From the NCBI GenBank assembly GCA_020723365.1, contig DYJB01000002.1, positions 7,749-57,717 of the forward strand: a stretch of DNA of 49,969 nt, in the 5' to 3' direction. The DNA is from Candidatus Aquidulcis sp. (lineage in GTDB: Bacteria > Chloroflexota > Anaerolineae > Anaerolineales > E44-bin32). Positions 26,587-34,648 of the stretch are shown one piece after another; position 1 is the stretch's first letter, and every line of letters starts with the position of its first letter. The position numbers were made by a program, and so were the translations under genes. Under the pieces are notes generated by a model. It did not search any database. It saw only the letters and a list, made by a program, of their open reading frames with translations, and was not told the origin of the DNA.

Positions 26587-27444
26587 CTACGGGTACCAGG
26601 CAGCGAAATCGTCGAAGGTAACGATCAAGGTCGCGGAGCCCGCAGCGCTGGCGTACAGCCCGTAGGTCCCCGAGGTGTAGGCCACATCCTCGCTCTGCCC
26701 GATCAGTTTGCCGTTGGCGAAGACATAGAACTTCGAGCCCCGGGCGAGCAGGCCCATGCGGTTGGTGACGTTCGGGCCCTTGGTGATTTCCGGCGAGTCG
26801 GTCCAGCCGATGAGCGTATCCGGCGCCGTGTTGCTGATGAAGCGGCGCAGGCGATACGAGCCCTCGCACGAGAACTCGAGGGCGTAGGCCTGATCGAAGC
26901 TGGCGCCGTTCACCCGGACCGAGAAGCCGGCGGCGTCTTTGCCGGAGCAGGCGCCGATGGCGGCGCTGACTTCGGCGTACGAGTCGCCGGCCGACTGGTC
27001 GGTGGTGCTCCACCAGATGTAGCCGTCGGCCTTGTGGTCGGTGGCTTCGAGCTTGCCGGAGCCCATGCGGTTGGTGGCCGAGGCGGGGTCGTCGGGTCCG
27101 ACCCACTTGTAGGCCGTGCTGAAGTCGTCCGTGTAGTCCGGCGCAGCCAGGTTCAGGCCGGTGCGCGGATCGTCAGGCGCCAGCGGCGGGGGCGTCGGGG
27201 AAGGTTCACCACCCGGGGTGGGTGTCTCCGTCGGCGTGGGCGTGGGGGAGGCCGCGCTCGTGGCGCTGGGAGCGCCTGTGGGGCTGGGCGGCGGCGTGAT
27301 GCTGGCCGGCAGCGTAGGGGCGGCGGTGAGCGTCGCAGCCACCTGCGTGGACAGGACGTTCGGAGGGGGCTCCTGAGCCGACCGATTGCAGCCGGCCAGG
27401 AGCCCCGCCAGGATCAGCAAGCCGATCGTCCGTGCGTGTGTCAT
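26587..27444 (-). CDS. Lipoprotein, paralogue of 27441-28295
   Basis: Start moved to ATG 27444 (MTHARTIGLLILAGLLAGC), giving an ATGA overlap with the upstream stop. Shares the YAEVSA..G.C.GKDA.GF...YALE.SC.G pattern. Confidence 0.6.
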   Translation of the reverse strand: MTHARTIGLLILAGLLAGCNRSAQEPPPNVLSTQVAATLTAAPTLPASITPPPSPTGAPSATSAASPTPTPTETPTPGGEPSPTPPPLAPDDPRTGLNLAAPDYTDDFSTAYKWVGPDDPASATNRMGSGKLEATDHKADGYIWWSTTDQSAGDSYAEVSAAIGACSGKDAAGFSVRVNGASFDQAYALEFSCEGSYRLRRFISNTAPDTLIGWTDSPEITKGPNVTNRMGLLARGSKFYVFANGKLIGQSEDVAYTSGTYGLYASAAGSATLIVTFDDFAAWYP

Positions 27445-28295
27445 ACCTCGAACGGTAGCTCCCAGGAAGCGAGATCGTCGAACCACGCCTTGAGATTATA
27501 CGTCTGGGCGGCCTTCACGTACAAGGCAAAAGCGCCGCCGGGGTACTGGTGCGGCGTGTCCCGCCCCTCGCCCACCATCACGCCGTTGATGAAGAAGTAG
27601 AACTTGCCGAAGTGGTCCCAGATGCCCAGGCGGTTGGTGGCGTCCTTGCCGGTCTGGATCACGTCGGAGGGAGTCCACTCAATGAGCTCGTGCGGCTCCT
27701 TGCCGACGCGGTGCTTGAGGAAGCGCCAGGCGCCGTCGCACGAGACCTCCAGGGCGTAGCCGCCGGCGGCGGTCTCCGGGCTGGAGTGGACAACGAACCC
27801 GACGGCATCCTTGCCGACGCAGTCGCCGTTGGTGGCGCTGACCTCGGCGTAGACCAGGTCCGTCTGCTTGTCGGTGTAGGACCACCAGCTGTAGAGCTCC
27901 TCCGGCTCGTAGTCCAGGCCCCACAGCTGGGCGTCGGCCACGCCGTAGGCCGCTCGGCCGGGTGTGTCGTAGTCGAACCACTTGTCGGGCACGTCGAAGT
28001 AATCGATGTAGTCCGGATCGCCCAGATCGAGGATGGCACGCGGGTCATCTTCGTCGGTGACGTGGAAGGGTGTGGGCGTGGGGCGGCCCTCCAGGCGTTG
28101 CGCAGGCGCCGCCGTGGGCTCAACTCCGGCGCCGGTGTCAAGCGTCGGGACGATCTCCGTCGCCTCGACCGGGGCCTCGCCCGGGGAGGTTCCGCCCTCG
28201 GGGCGGAGTCCCAGCATCTGTGAGGCCGTGCTGCAGGCCAGCGACCCCGCCATCAGCAGGGCGATGGCCGCGCTCCAGGTATGCCATCGGGTCAT
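27441..28295 (-). CDS. Secreted protein/lipoprotein, paralogue of 26587-27444
   Basis: Start moved to ATG 28295 (MTRWHTWSAAIALLMAGSLAC) with GGAGGTG RBS. GC3-rich frame. Confidence 0.6.
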   Translation of the reverse strand: MTRWHTWSAAIALLMAGSLACSTASQMLGLRPEGGTSPGEAPVEATEIVPTLDTGAGVEPTAAPAQRLEGRPTPTPFHVTDEDDPRAILDLGDPDYIDYFDVPDKWFDYDTPGRAAYGVADAQLWGLDYEPEELYSWWSYTDKQTDLVYAEVSATNGDCVGKDAVGFVVHSSPETAAGGYALEVSCDGAWRFLKHRVGKEPHELIEWTPSDVIQTGKDATNRLGIWDHFGKFYFFINGVMVGEGRDTPHQYPGGAFALYVKAAQTYNLKAWFDDLASWELPFEV

Positions 28296-28493
28296 TGTGC
28301 ACCTCCGTGGTTGCCTAGGTCCTTCACCGGCATTCGGAAAGGAACGTCGCCAGGTGGCGCGGCGGAAGGGATGGGTGGGTGAATAGCGGCAGGCCCTTCG
28401 GGTGACCCGCCCGGGGCAGGCCCCCCGCAGGGCCTGCCGCAGCGACGCGCAGTACGCGACCGGGTCCCTCCGGCAGAAGACCGAGTCATGGTC

Positions 28494-28502
28494 ACTATAG
28501 CA
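28494..28502 (-). promoter_or_regulatory. Extended -10 (TGCTATAGT) for the lipoprotein operon
   Basis: Minus-strand TGnTATAGT about 200 nt upstream of ATG 28295. Confidence 0.4.
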
Positions 28503-28522
28503 TCCCGGCTGGGCTCGAAGGC

Positions 28523-28528
28523 TATAAT
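28523..28528 (+). promoter_or_regulatory. -10 TATAAT upstream of the aldo/keto reductase gene
   Basis: TATAAT lies 75 nt upstream of ATG 28604, divergent from the previous element. Confidence 0.4.
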
Positions 28529-28603
28529 CCGATGGTACTGTTGGCATCAAGGGATACGAAGGCGTGGGGCCGATGGGGGGCCCACGTGTGCTGGAGGTGG
28601 GCC

Positions 28604-29572
28604 ATGAACTACCGGCGCATGGGGGCCTCGGGCCTGAAGCTGAGCGAGATCTCGCTGGGGGCATGGGTCACCTTCGGTGAGCAGATCGACGACAAGACCG
28701 CATCGGCGATCCTGCACGCCGCCTACGACCACGGCATCAACTTCTTCGACAACGCAGACATCTACGCGCGCGGCCGGGCGGAGATTGTGATGGGCGAGGC
28801 GATCCGTGATCTGCCGCGCCCGTCGCTCGTGCTCTCGAGCAAGGTCTTCTGGCCCACGATGGAAGGGCCGAACGGCAAGGGACTGTCGCGCAAGCACATC
28901 CTCGAGTCCTGCCATGCCTCGCTCAAGCGCATGGGGGTCGAGTACCTGGACCTGTACTTCTGTCACCGCTACGACCCCGAGACGCCGGTGGAGGAAGTCG
29001 TGCGGGCCATGGATGATCTGGTGCACCAGGGGAAGGTGCTCTACTGGGGAACGTCGGAATGGCGGGGCGGGCAACTGGCGCACGCCTGTGGCGTCGCCGG
29101 CGAAGGCGGATGGTACCCGCCAGCTGTGGAGCAGCCCCACTACAACATGCTGGTGCGCACAATCGTGGAAGACGAACTGGTGCCGCTGGCCGACGAGCTC
29201 AGGTTTGGCATGGTGACGTGGAGCCCGCTGCGCTCGGGGCTGTTGAGCGGCAAGTACAACGACAGCACGCCCGGGAATGTGCGCCTCTCGCTGGAGCGCT
29301 ACAACTGGCTGCACGGCATCCTCAACGACAGAGACCTGGGCATCACCCGCAAGCTGGCGGGGGTGGCAGCCGATCTCGGTGTGACGCTGCCGCAGCTGGC
29401 CATCGGCTGGCTGCTGCGCCTGCCGCAGGTCTCGAGCGTCATCACCGGCGCCACGCGCGTCGAGCACGTGCATGAGAACGTCAAGGCCATCGAGGTGCCG
29501 GCCCGCCTCACGCCCGAGGTGCTGGAGCGCATCGAGTCGATCCTGGGGAACCATCCGCCTCCAGGCGACTGA
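28604..29572 (+). CDS. Aldo/keto reductase (Kv-beta-subunit-like)
   Basis: Start moved to ATG 28604 (MNYRRMGASGLKLSEISLGAW). FFDNADIYA, YLDLYFCHRYD, WSPL.SGLLSGKY. Confidence 0.88.
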   Translation: MNYRRMGASGLKLSEISLGAWVTFGEQIDDKTASAILHAAYDHGINFFDNADIYARGRAEIVMGEAIRDLPRPSLVLSSKVFWPTMEGPNGKGLSRKHILESCHASLKRMGVEYLDLYFCHRYDPETPVEEVVRAMDDLVHQGKVLYWGTSEWRGGQLAHACGVAGEGGWYPPAVEQPHYNMLVRTIVEDELVPLADELRFGMVTWSPLRSGLLSGKYNDSTPGNVRLSLERYNWLHGILNDRDLGITRKLAGVAADLGVTLPQLAIGWLLRLPQVSSVITGATRVEHVHENVKAIEVPARLTPEVLERIESILGNHPPPGD

Positions 29573-29596
29573 ACGCCATCGCAGCGAGGCCGGACT

Positions 29597-29627
29597 CCTG
29601 CGGCCCGGGCAGAGCCCGGGCCGCAGG
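29597..29627 (+). terminator. 14-bp GC hairpin after the reductase gene
   Basis: CCTGCGGCCCGGGC-AGA-GCCCGGGCCGCAGG. No U tract. Confidence 0.5.
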
Positions 29628-30083
29628 CGCGTGGCCGGCGGCGAGCGAAGCGCACACGGGCCTCGAGGCCGGGGCGAACGCCAACCCTCGCACGGGGGCA
29701 AGACCTGCGCCGCCGGGCACGGGGAGGGAGGCGCCGGAGCCGCGCCCTTCGCGGTCCCAGCGCACAATCGCTTGCCCGGCGGAGGGCCTGCCCGCCGGCC
29801 GGCGCAGCGTGCTGGATTGGGCGTCGAGGGCCACGCCACGGCTCGCGCACATCCCGAGGGCGCGGCGGGGCCGGGCGGTCGGCCGGCAGGACCTGGCCAG
29901 ACCGAGGCCGAGCGCGGCGCGCCCTGCGCTCCTGGTGGTACGCCCACGAAGCCGATGGTCGAGGCGAGGCGCAAGCTGCAGGAGGGAGAGACCACGGCGG
30001 GAGACAGGGCCGCCGCGCAGGCCGCTTCGCCGGGATGGCGCGTCGCCGGCCCGGCATGGAAGTTGCAGGTCGCGCGGCGAAGG

Positions 30084-30089
30084 TAGAAT
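30084..30089 (+). promoter_or_regulatory. -10 TAGAAT 6 nt upstream of ATG 30096 (leaderless-type arrangement)
   Basis: GGTAGAATCCACCCATG with no SD. Confidence 0.4.
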
Positions 30090-30095
30090 CCACCC

Positions 30096-32966
30096 ATGCT
30101 CACCAGCCCTCTTGTCCGTCGGCGGCGACGGGCGCGCAGCAGCGGCGCGCCCTGGCGCGGCGCGCTGGCCCAGGGCTTGCTCGCCGTTCTGGGCCTGGCG
30201 GCGGGTCTGGCCTCCATCGCCGGCGCCCTGCTGTTCTCCGACGTGACCCGCGGGCTCCCGACTGTGGAGGGCTACGAGGAGCGTTTCGGATCCCCGGGAT
30301 CGCCGCGCCTGCCGGCCAATCGCTTCTACGATCGGACCGGCGAGGTGCTCATCTTTGAGGAGCAAAGCCCGGCTGCCGTCGATCGGCGCTGGATCGAGAT
30401 CGAGTCCGAAGATCCCGCACGCCTGCCGGCCTTTGCCCAGGCGACGCTGGCCTTCCAGGATCCGGACTACTGGTCGGCGCCGGGCTACGATTGGCGCGGC
30501 GCCCTCCTGGCGCTCCTGGGGCGCCCGGCTGCGCCGAAGATCGCCGACCAGCTGGTGGAGCACACGCTGCTGCCGATGCAAGATGCCGGGCTTTCGCCTG
30601 CGGTGCGCCGACTGCGTGCGGCTGTCCTGGCGGCGGACCTGACGCGGCGCTACAGCCGGGCCCAGATCCTCGAGTGGTTCCTGAATACGGCCGACTACGG
30701 GAATCTGGCCTTCGGCATCGACGCCGCCGCCCTGACGTACCTTGGCAAGCACGCAGGCGATCTCAACCTGTCGGACTCGGCCCTGCTGGCCGGGATCTCT
30801 GTGCACCCGGCCACCAATCCCTTTGAGGCACCGGTGCAGAGCCGGGCGCTGCGTGACGAAGTGCTGAGCGCCATGCGGCGCTCCGGTTTCATCTCGGCGG
30901 ATCAGGAAGCGCAGGCGAAGAGCGAGCCTGTGGTCCTGCGCTCACCGATGGATCCCGTTTCGGGCGCTGGCGCGGACTACGGCCGCTACGCCTGGGCACA
31001 GCTCAAGGCGAAGTGGGGCGAAGGGTTCTCGCGGTGGGGGGGCCTGACGATCCTGACGGCCGAGGACCACGACCTGCAGCTGCAGACGGAGTGTGTCACT
31101 GCCACGCACCTGCAGCGGTTGCAGGGGGCCGACCCGACGACGGTCGCCCGGGCGGCGGACGGCTCGGCCTGCATCGCCGCCGGGCTCCTGCCGGCCCTGC
31201 GTCCGAGCGACGCCGGCACGGATCACAACGTGGACGGTGTGTCAGCGATGATGATGGATCCCAGGACCGGCCACGTGCTCAGCGTGGTGGGGGATGTTCA
31301 GGCCCCCCATCCGGCCGAAGCAGCGCTCCACCCGCTGACCTACCTGGCAGCCTTCTCGCGCGGCTACGGCCCCGGGACGATGGTGCTCGACCTGCCATTG
31401 GAAGAGAGGGACGATGGGCTGGAGAACTACCGCGGTCCGGTGAGCATGCGCTCCGCCCTGGCGGCGGGGCTGGAGGCCGCCGGCGCCCAGACGCTGGCCC
31501 TGGCAGGGGTCGAGAACGTCGTTCGCATCGCAGGCGAAATGGGTTTCAATCTGCCCCAGGTTGCGGCCATTGGCAGCGACGGGGGGGCAAGGCGAGCGGC
31601 CATCTCGGTGGAGCAGGCTGCGCGGGCGTATGCCACTCTGGCCAACGAAGGCCGCTGGGTGGGCGAAGAGCCGCTCGCGGAGGACGGCCGCGGGGCCTCG
31701 GGCCTTTCGCCGATCACCATCCTGCGCATCGAGGACTCAGCAGGCCAGCTGGTGCACTCGGCCGCGCCCGCTTCACGCGCCCTGGTCAGCGCTCCGCTGG
31801 CGTTCCTGGTCAACGATGTGCTCTCCGATGAGACCGAACGCCGATCAGCTTACGGTGCGACCGATGTGCTCGAGCTTGGCCGGCCGGCGGCCGTCGTACT
31901 CGAAGCCGGAGCGGACGGCCGTGACACCTGGGCCGTTGGGTACACGCGAGACCGCGTGGTGGGCGTCTGGCTCGGCGGGGCGGCTGCGGCGGCGCCGGAA
32001 GGCATGAACCGCCTGAACGGCGCCGCCCCCGTCTGGCATGCGCTGCTGCAGTACGCCACCCGCGAGCAGCCCCCCCAGGGTTGGACCATGCCGCCCGGCG
32101 TGCACGAAGTCCAGGTGTGCGATCCATCGGGCCTGCTGCCCACCCAGTACTGTCCGCGGATCGTGCGCGAGGTCTTCATCGACGGCACGGAGCCGACCTC
32201 GTATGACACGCTCTATCAGCCGCTGCGCATCAATCGCGAGACCGGCAAGCTGGCGACGCTGTTCACGCCCATCGACCTGGTGGAAGAGCGGGTCTACATG
32301 ATCCCGCCGGCGGCGGCCAGTGCCTGGGCACAGGCGTCGGGGATCGAGAAGCCGCCTACCGAGTACGACACCTACCTGGCGGGTGAGGCGCGCTCACCTC
32401 AGGCGAACATCACTCGGCCGGAGATGTTCGAGACCGTGCGCGGCAAGGTGACGCTGCGCGGCGCCGCCAATATGCCAGACTTCGAGTACTACCGGCTGCA
32501 GTACGGCCTGGGGCTCAACCCGGCGCGCTGGATCCAGATCGGAAGCGACAGCCGTGCGCCGGTGGCCTCGGGGACACTGGCCGTGTGGGACACTGCCGGA
32601 CTGGAAGGCCTGTACTCCGTGCAACTGGTGGTGGTGTACGGCGAAGGCCAGGTGATCGCCGATGCCGTCCAGGTGACGGTCGACAATGCCGCGCCGCGCG
32701 TCAGGCTGGTGCTGCCGCAGCCGGGGACGGCGGACGACGTCGCCGCCGGCGATCCGTTGGTGATCGAAGCCGAGATCTTCGACGAGATGGACCTGGCGCG
32801 CGTTGATGTCCTGATCGACGGAGAGGTCATCGGTACGATGCTGGAGGCTCCCTACTCGCTGCGCTGGACGGCGCAAGCCGGCGAGCACACGATCAGCGTG
32901 CGTGCCGTCGACCGCGCCGGCAACAGTGGAGAGAGCACGCCCGTGCGCGTGGTGGTCGGCGGCTGA
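30096..32966 (+). CDS. Class-A penicillin-binding-protein homologue (GT51-like + transpeptidase-like + C-terminal Ig-like domain) with substituted catalytic motifs
   Basis: N-terminal TM helix. GT51-like AQILEWFLNTADYG and RALRDEVLSAM. Transpeptidase-like MMDPRTGHVLSVVG and DTWAVGYT. Ig-like C-terminus (YSLRWTA..GEHTISVRAVDRAGN). Confidence 0.8.
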   Translation: MLTSPLVRRRRRARSSGAPWRGALAQGLLAVLGLAAGLASIAGALLFSDVTRGLPTVEGYEERFGSPGSPRLPANRFYDRTGEVLIFEEQSPAAVDRRWIEIESEDPARLPAFAQATLAFQDPDYWSAPGYDWRGALLALLGRPAAPKIADQLVEHTLLPMQDAGLSPAVRRLRAAVLAADLTRRYSRAQILEWFLNTADYGNLAFGIDAAALTYLGKHAGDLNLSDSALLAGISVHPATNPFEAPVQSRALRDEVLSAMRRSGFISADQEAQAKSEPVVLRSPMDPVSGAGADYGRYAWAQLKAKWGEGFSRWGGLTILTAEDHDLQLQTECVTATHLQRLQGADPTTVARAADGSACIAAGLLPALRPSDAGTDHNVDGVSAMMMDPRTGHVLSVVGDVQAPHPAEAALHPLTYLAAFSRGYGPGTMVLDLPLEERDDGLENYRGPVSMRSALAAGLEAAGAQTLALAGVENVVRIAGEMGFNLPQVAAIGSDGGARRAAISVEQAARAYATLANEGRWVGEEPLAEDGRGASGLSPITILRIEDSAGQLVHSAAPASRALVSAPLAFLVNDVLSDETERRSAYGATDVLELGRPAAVVLEAGADGRDTWAVGYTRDRVVGVWLGGAAAAAPEGMNRLNGAAPVWHALLQYATREQPPQGWTMPPGVHEVQVCDPSGLLPTQYCPRIVREVFIDGTEPTSYDTLYQPLRINRETGKLATLFTPIDLVEERVYMIPPAAASAWAQASGIEKPPTEYDTYLAGEARSPQANITRPEMFETVRGKVTLRGAANMPDFEYYRLQYGLGLNPARWIQIGSDSRAPVASGTLAVWDTAGLEGLYSVQLVVVYGEGQVIADAVQVTVDNAAPRVRLVLPQPGTADDVAAGDPLVIEAEIFDEMDLARVDVLIDGEVIGTMLEAPYSLRWTAQAGEHTISVRAVDRAGNSGESTPVRVVVGG

Positions 32967-32994
32967 AGGCGGAAGATCGTGGACGCAGACAGGG

Positions 32995-33027
32995 CGCCCG
33001 CCTGACGGTTCGTACGTCAGGCGGGCG
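32995..33027 (+). terminator. 13-bp hairpin after the PBP-like gene
   Basis: CGCCCGCCTGACG-N7-CGTCAGGCGGGCG. Confidence 0.5.
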
Positions 33028-33052
33028 AATACTTGACCGGGCACGATCAAGA

Positions 33053-33087
33053 CCGACTTCCGAAGTCCAGGGGACTTCGGAAGTCGG
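33053..33087. repeat. Palindromic repeat element, copy 1 (CCGACTTCCGAAGTCC-AGG-GGACTTCGGAAGTCGG)
   Basis: 16-bp perfect arms. The same arms recur at 48632-48668. Confidence 0.75.
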
Positions 33088-33095
33088 CGCGCCTT

Positions 33096-34478
33096 CTAGC
33101 ACGGGCCCCACAACTGGAAGCCGAAGTCGGCGTTGACCGCTCCGCCTGAAGGCACGCTCACGCTGCGCGGATTGGCGTACGCGCTCATCTCGCACAATCC
33201 CCCGCACGGGCAGGTGCCGGCTTCGCCGGCGCTGACCGAGACCGTTACGCAGTAGCTGCCGGGAGTGATGTTGTTGAATTCGTATCGGCCGCTGCCGTTG
33301 GTCGTCGTGCTGGCCACGGCCGAACCGCCGCAGCCGCCTGAACGCAGCGTGACCGTCACGCCGTTGTAGGTGCTGTCCCCGGCGTTGTAGCCGCCGCTGA
33401 AGTTGTTGTCGCGGAAGACCAGGCCGCGCACGGTGCCCGGCAGGATGGGCGTGGGCGTCGGCGGGATGTAGCAGATCCCGGGCTCGTCGCCGTCGGGGGT
33501 GAAGCCCACAGCCCAGCGGCAGGAGTTGTCCACCGCCGCCAGGGCCTTGATGGGATAAAGGCTGGAGCCCGAGGTTGGAGAGCCGGCCTCGGCGGGGGTG
33601 AAGTGGTCGTTGTAGTCGAACCACTCGGGCTTGTTGACCCCCTCGTCGGCCCACACGCCCCAGGTCCACTCGTCGGGCGAGCCGATGACGGAGTACTTGA
33701 AGGCGATCTGGACCTGCGAGGAACTGGCAGGGGCCAGGCGGATCCAGGCGGCGTCGGGGTCAGGTCCCTGACCCTGATCGAAGATCAGCTCGTCGTAGCC
33801 GGTGCCACCGGCGGGCGGATCGGCGGCCATGGGGTGGGCGCTGCCCACATCGTTGTTGGTGTCGCGCAGCACGCGCACGCCGTTGGTGGTCCAGTCGGTG
33901 GAGGCCGGAGCGAGGCCGGTGATCAGGTAGTCGCCCCGGCCATCGACGTCGATGTCGACCTCGACGCCGTAGAAGGCCAGCGTCCCGGCAGGCGGGGCTC
34001 CTTCAAGGAAGAGGGTGACGTAGATCCAGGGAGCGCCGATGCTGAGTTCGCCGCGATTAAGGTCGAGGTAGGCGCGGTAATCCATGACCTGGGAGGTGAA
34101 GGGGCGCTCGAGAAGATTGACGTCGAAGTTGTCGGCAATAGAGCGCCGTTCACCGGCGAGGGCGGCGGACGAGCGGTCCGTCATGAAGCTGGTTACGCCG
34201 GCGGGGTTGGCCGGGAAGGTGACGTGGGTGACGGTGGGTGTGGGAATCGGTGGGGCCTCGGTGGCCGCCACGGCGGCCTCGGTGGACGGAGGCAGCGTGG
34301 CCGGTGGCGGGCCGCTGGTCTCACCGCCCGCGGAGGCTGCCAGAGTCTGCTGGACAGCCAGCGCGATGACGTTGGGATCGGCGGTCGGGGCTGCCTGTCC
34401 CTGGACGCTGCAGGCAAGGCCGGCAAGAGCGAGAAGGGCGACGATCAGGAAGAGATGGGATGGGCGATGAGTGCGCAT
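33096..34478 (-). CDS. Secreted protein with C-terminal SdrD/Cna-B-like (carboxypeptidase-regulatory-like) domain
   Basis: Start moved to ATG 34478 (MRTHRPSHLFLIVALLALAGLAC) with GGAGGAA RBS. C-terminal GTVRGLVFRDNN...TTTNGSGRYEFNNITPGSYCVTV. Confidence 0.6.
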   Translation of the reverse strand: MRTHRPSHLFLIVALLALAGLACSVQGQAAPTADPNVIALAVQQTLAASAGGETSGPPPATLPPSTEAAVAATEAPPIPTPTVTHVTFPANPAGVTSFMTDRSSAALAGERRSIADNFDVNLLERPFTSQVMDYRAYLDLNRGELSIGAPWIYVTLFLEGAPPAGTLAFYGVEVDIDVDGRGDYLITGLAPASTDWTTNGVRVLRDTNNDVGSAHPMAADPPAGGTGYDELIFDQGQGPDPDAAWIRLAPASSSQVQIAFKYSVIGSPDEWTWGVWADEGVNKPEWFDYNDHFTPAEAGSPTSGSSLYPIKALAAVDNSCRWAVGFTPDGDEPGICYIPPTPTPILPGTVRGLVFRDNNFSGGYNAGDSTYNGVTVTLRSGGCGGSAVASTTTNGSGRYEFNNITPGSYCVTVSVSAGEAGTCPCGGLCEMSAYANPRSVSVPSGGAVNADFGFQLWGPC

Positions 34479-34648
34479 GGGTTCCTCCGAAGCTACTGTG
34501 CGTTCGTCTGCCACTGGAACGGGGACCAGGCTTGACTTGTGACAGCTGCGACCGGGTGTGAGTCTAGTCCTGTGCCGGCCTTCGGGCAATGCACGCCGAT
34601 GCCGGGGCACGGTTTGCGACGGGCTGCCCTTGGGCCACCGTCGTCGCA

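Noticed and set aside
28547-30217. Long ORFs covering the 29.6-30.1 kb gap (556 aa on the minus strand, 204 aa on the + strand, 264 aa on the minus strand)
   Set aside because: There is no RBS or start context. The translations are low complexity (Arg/Pro/Gly/Ala) and partly antisense to the reductase gene. The gap is kept as unexplained non-coding sequence in the findings.
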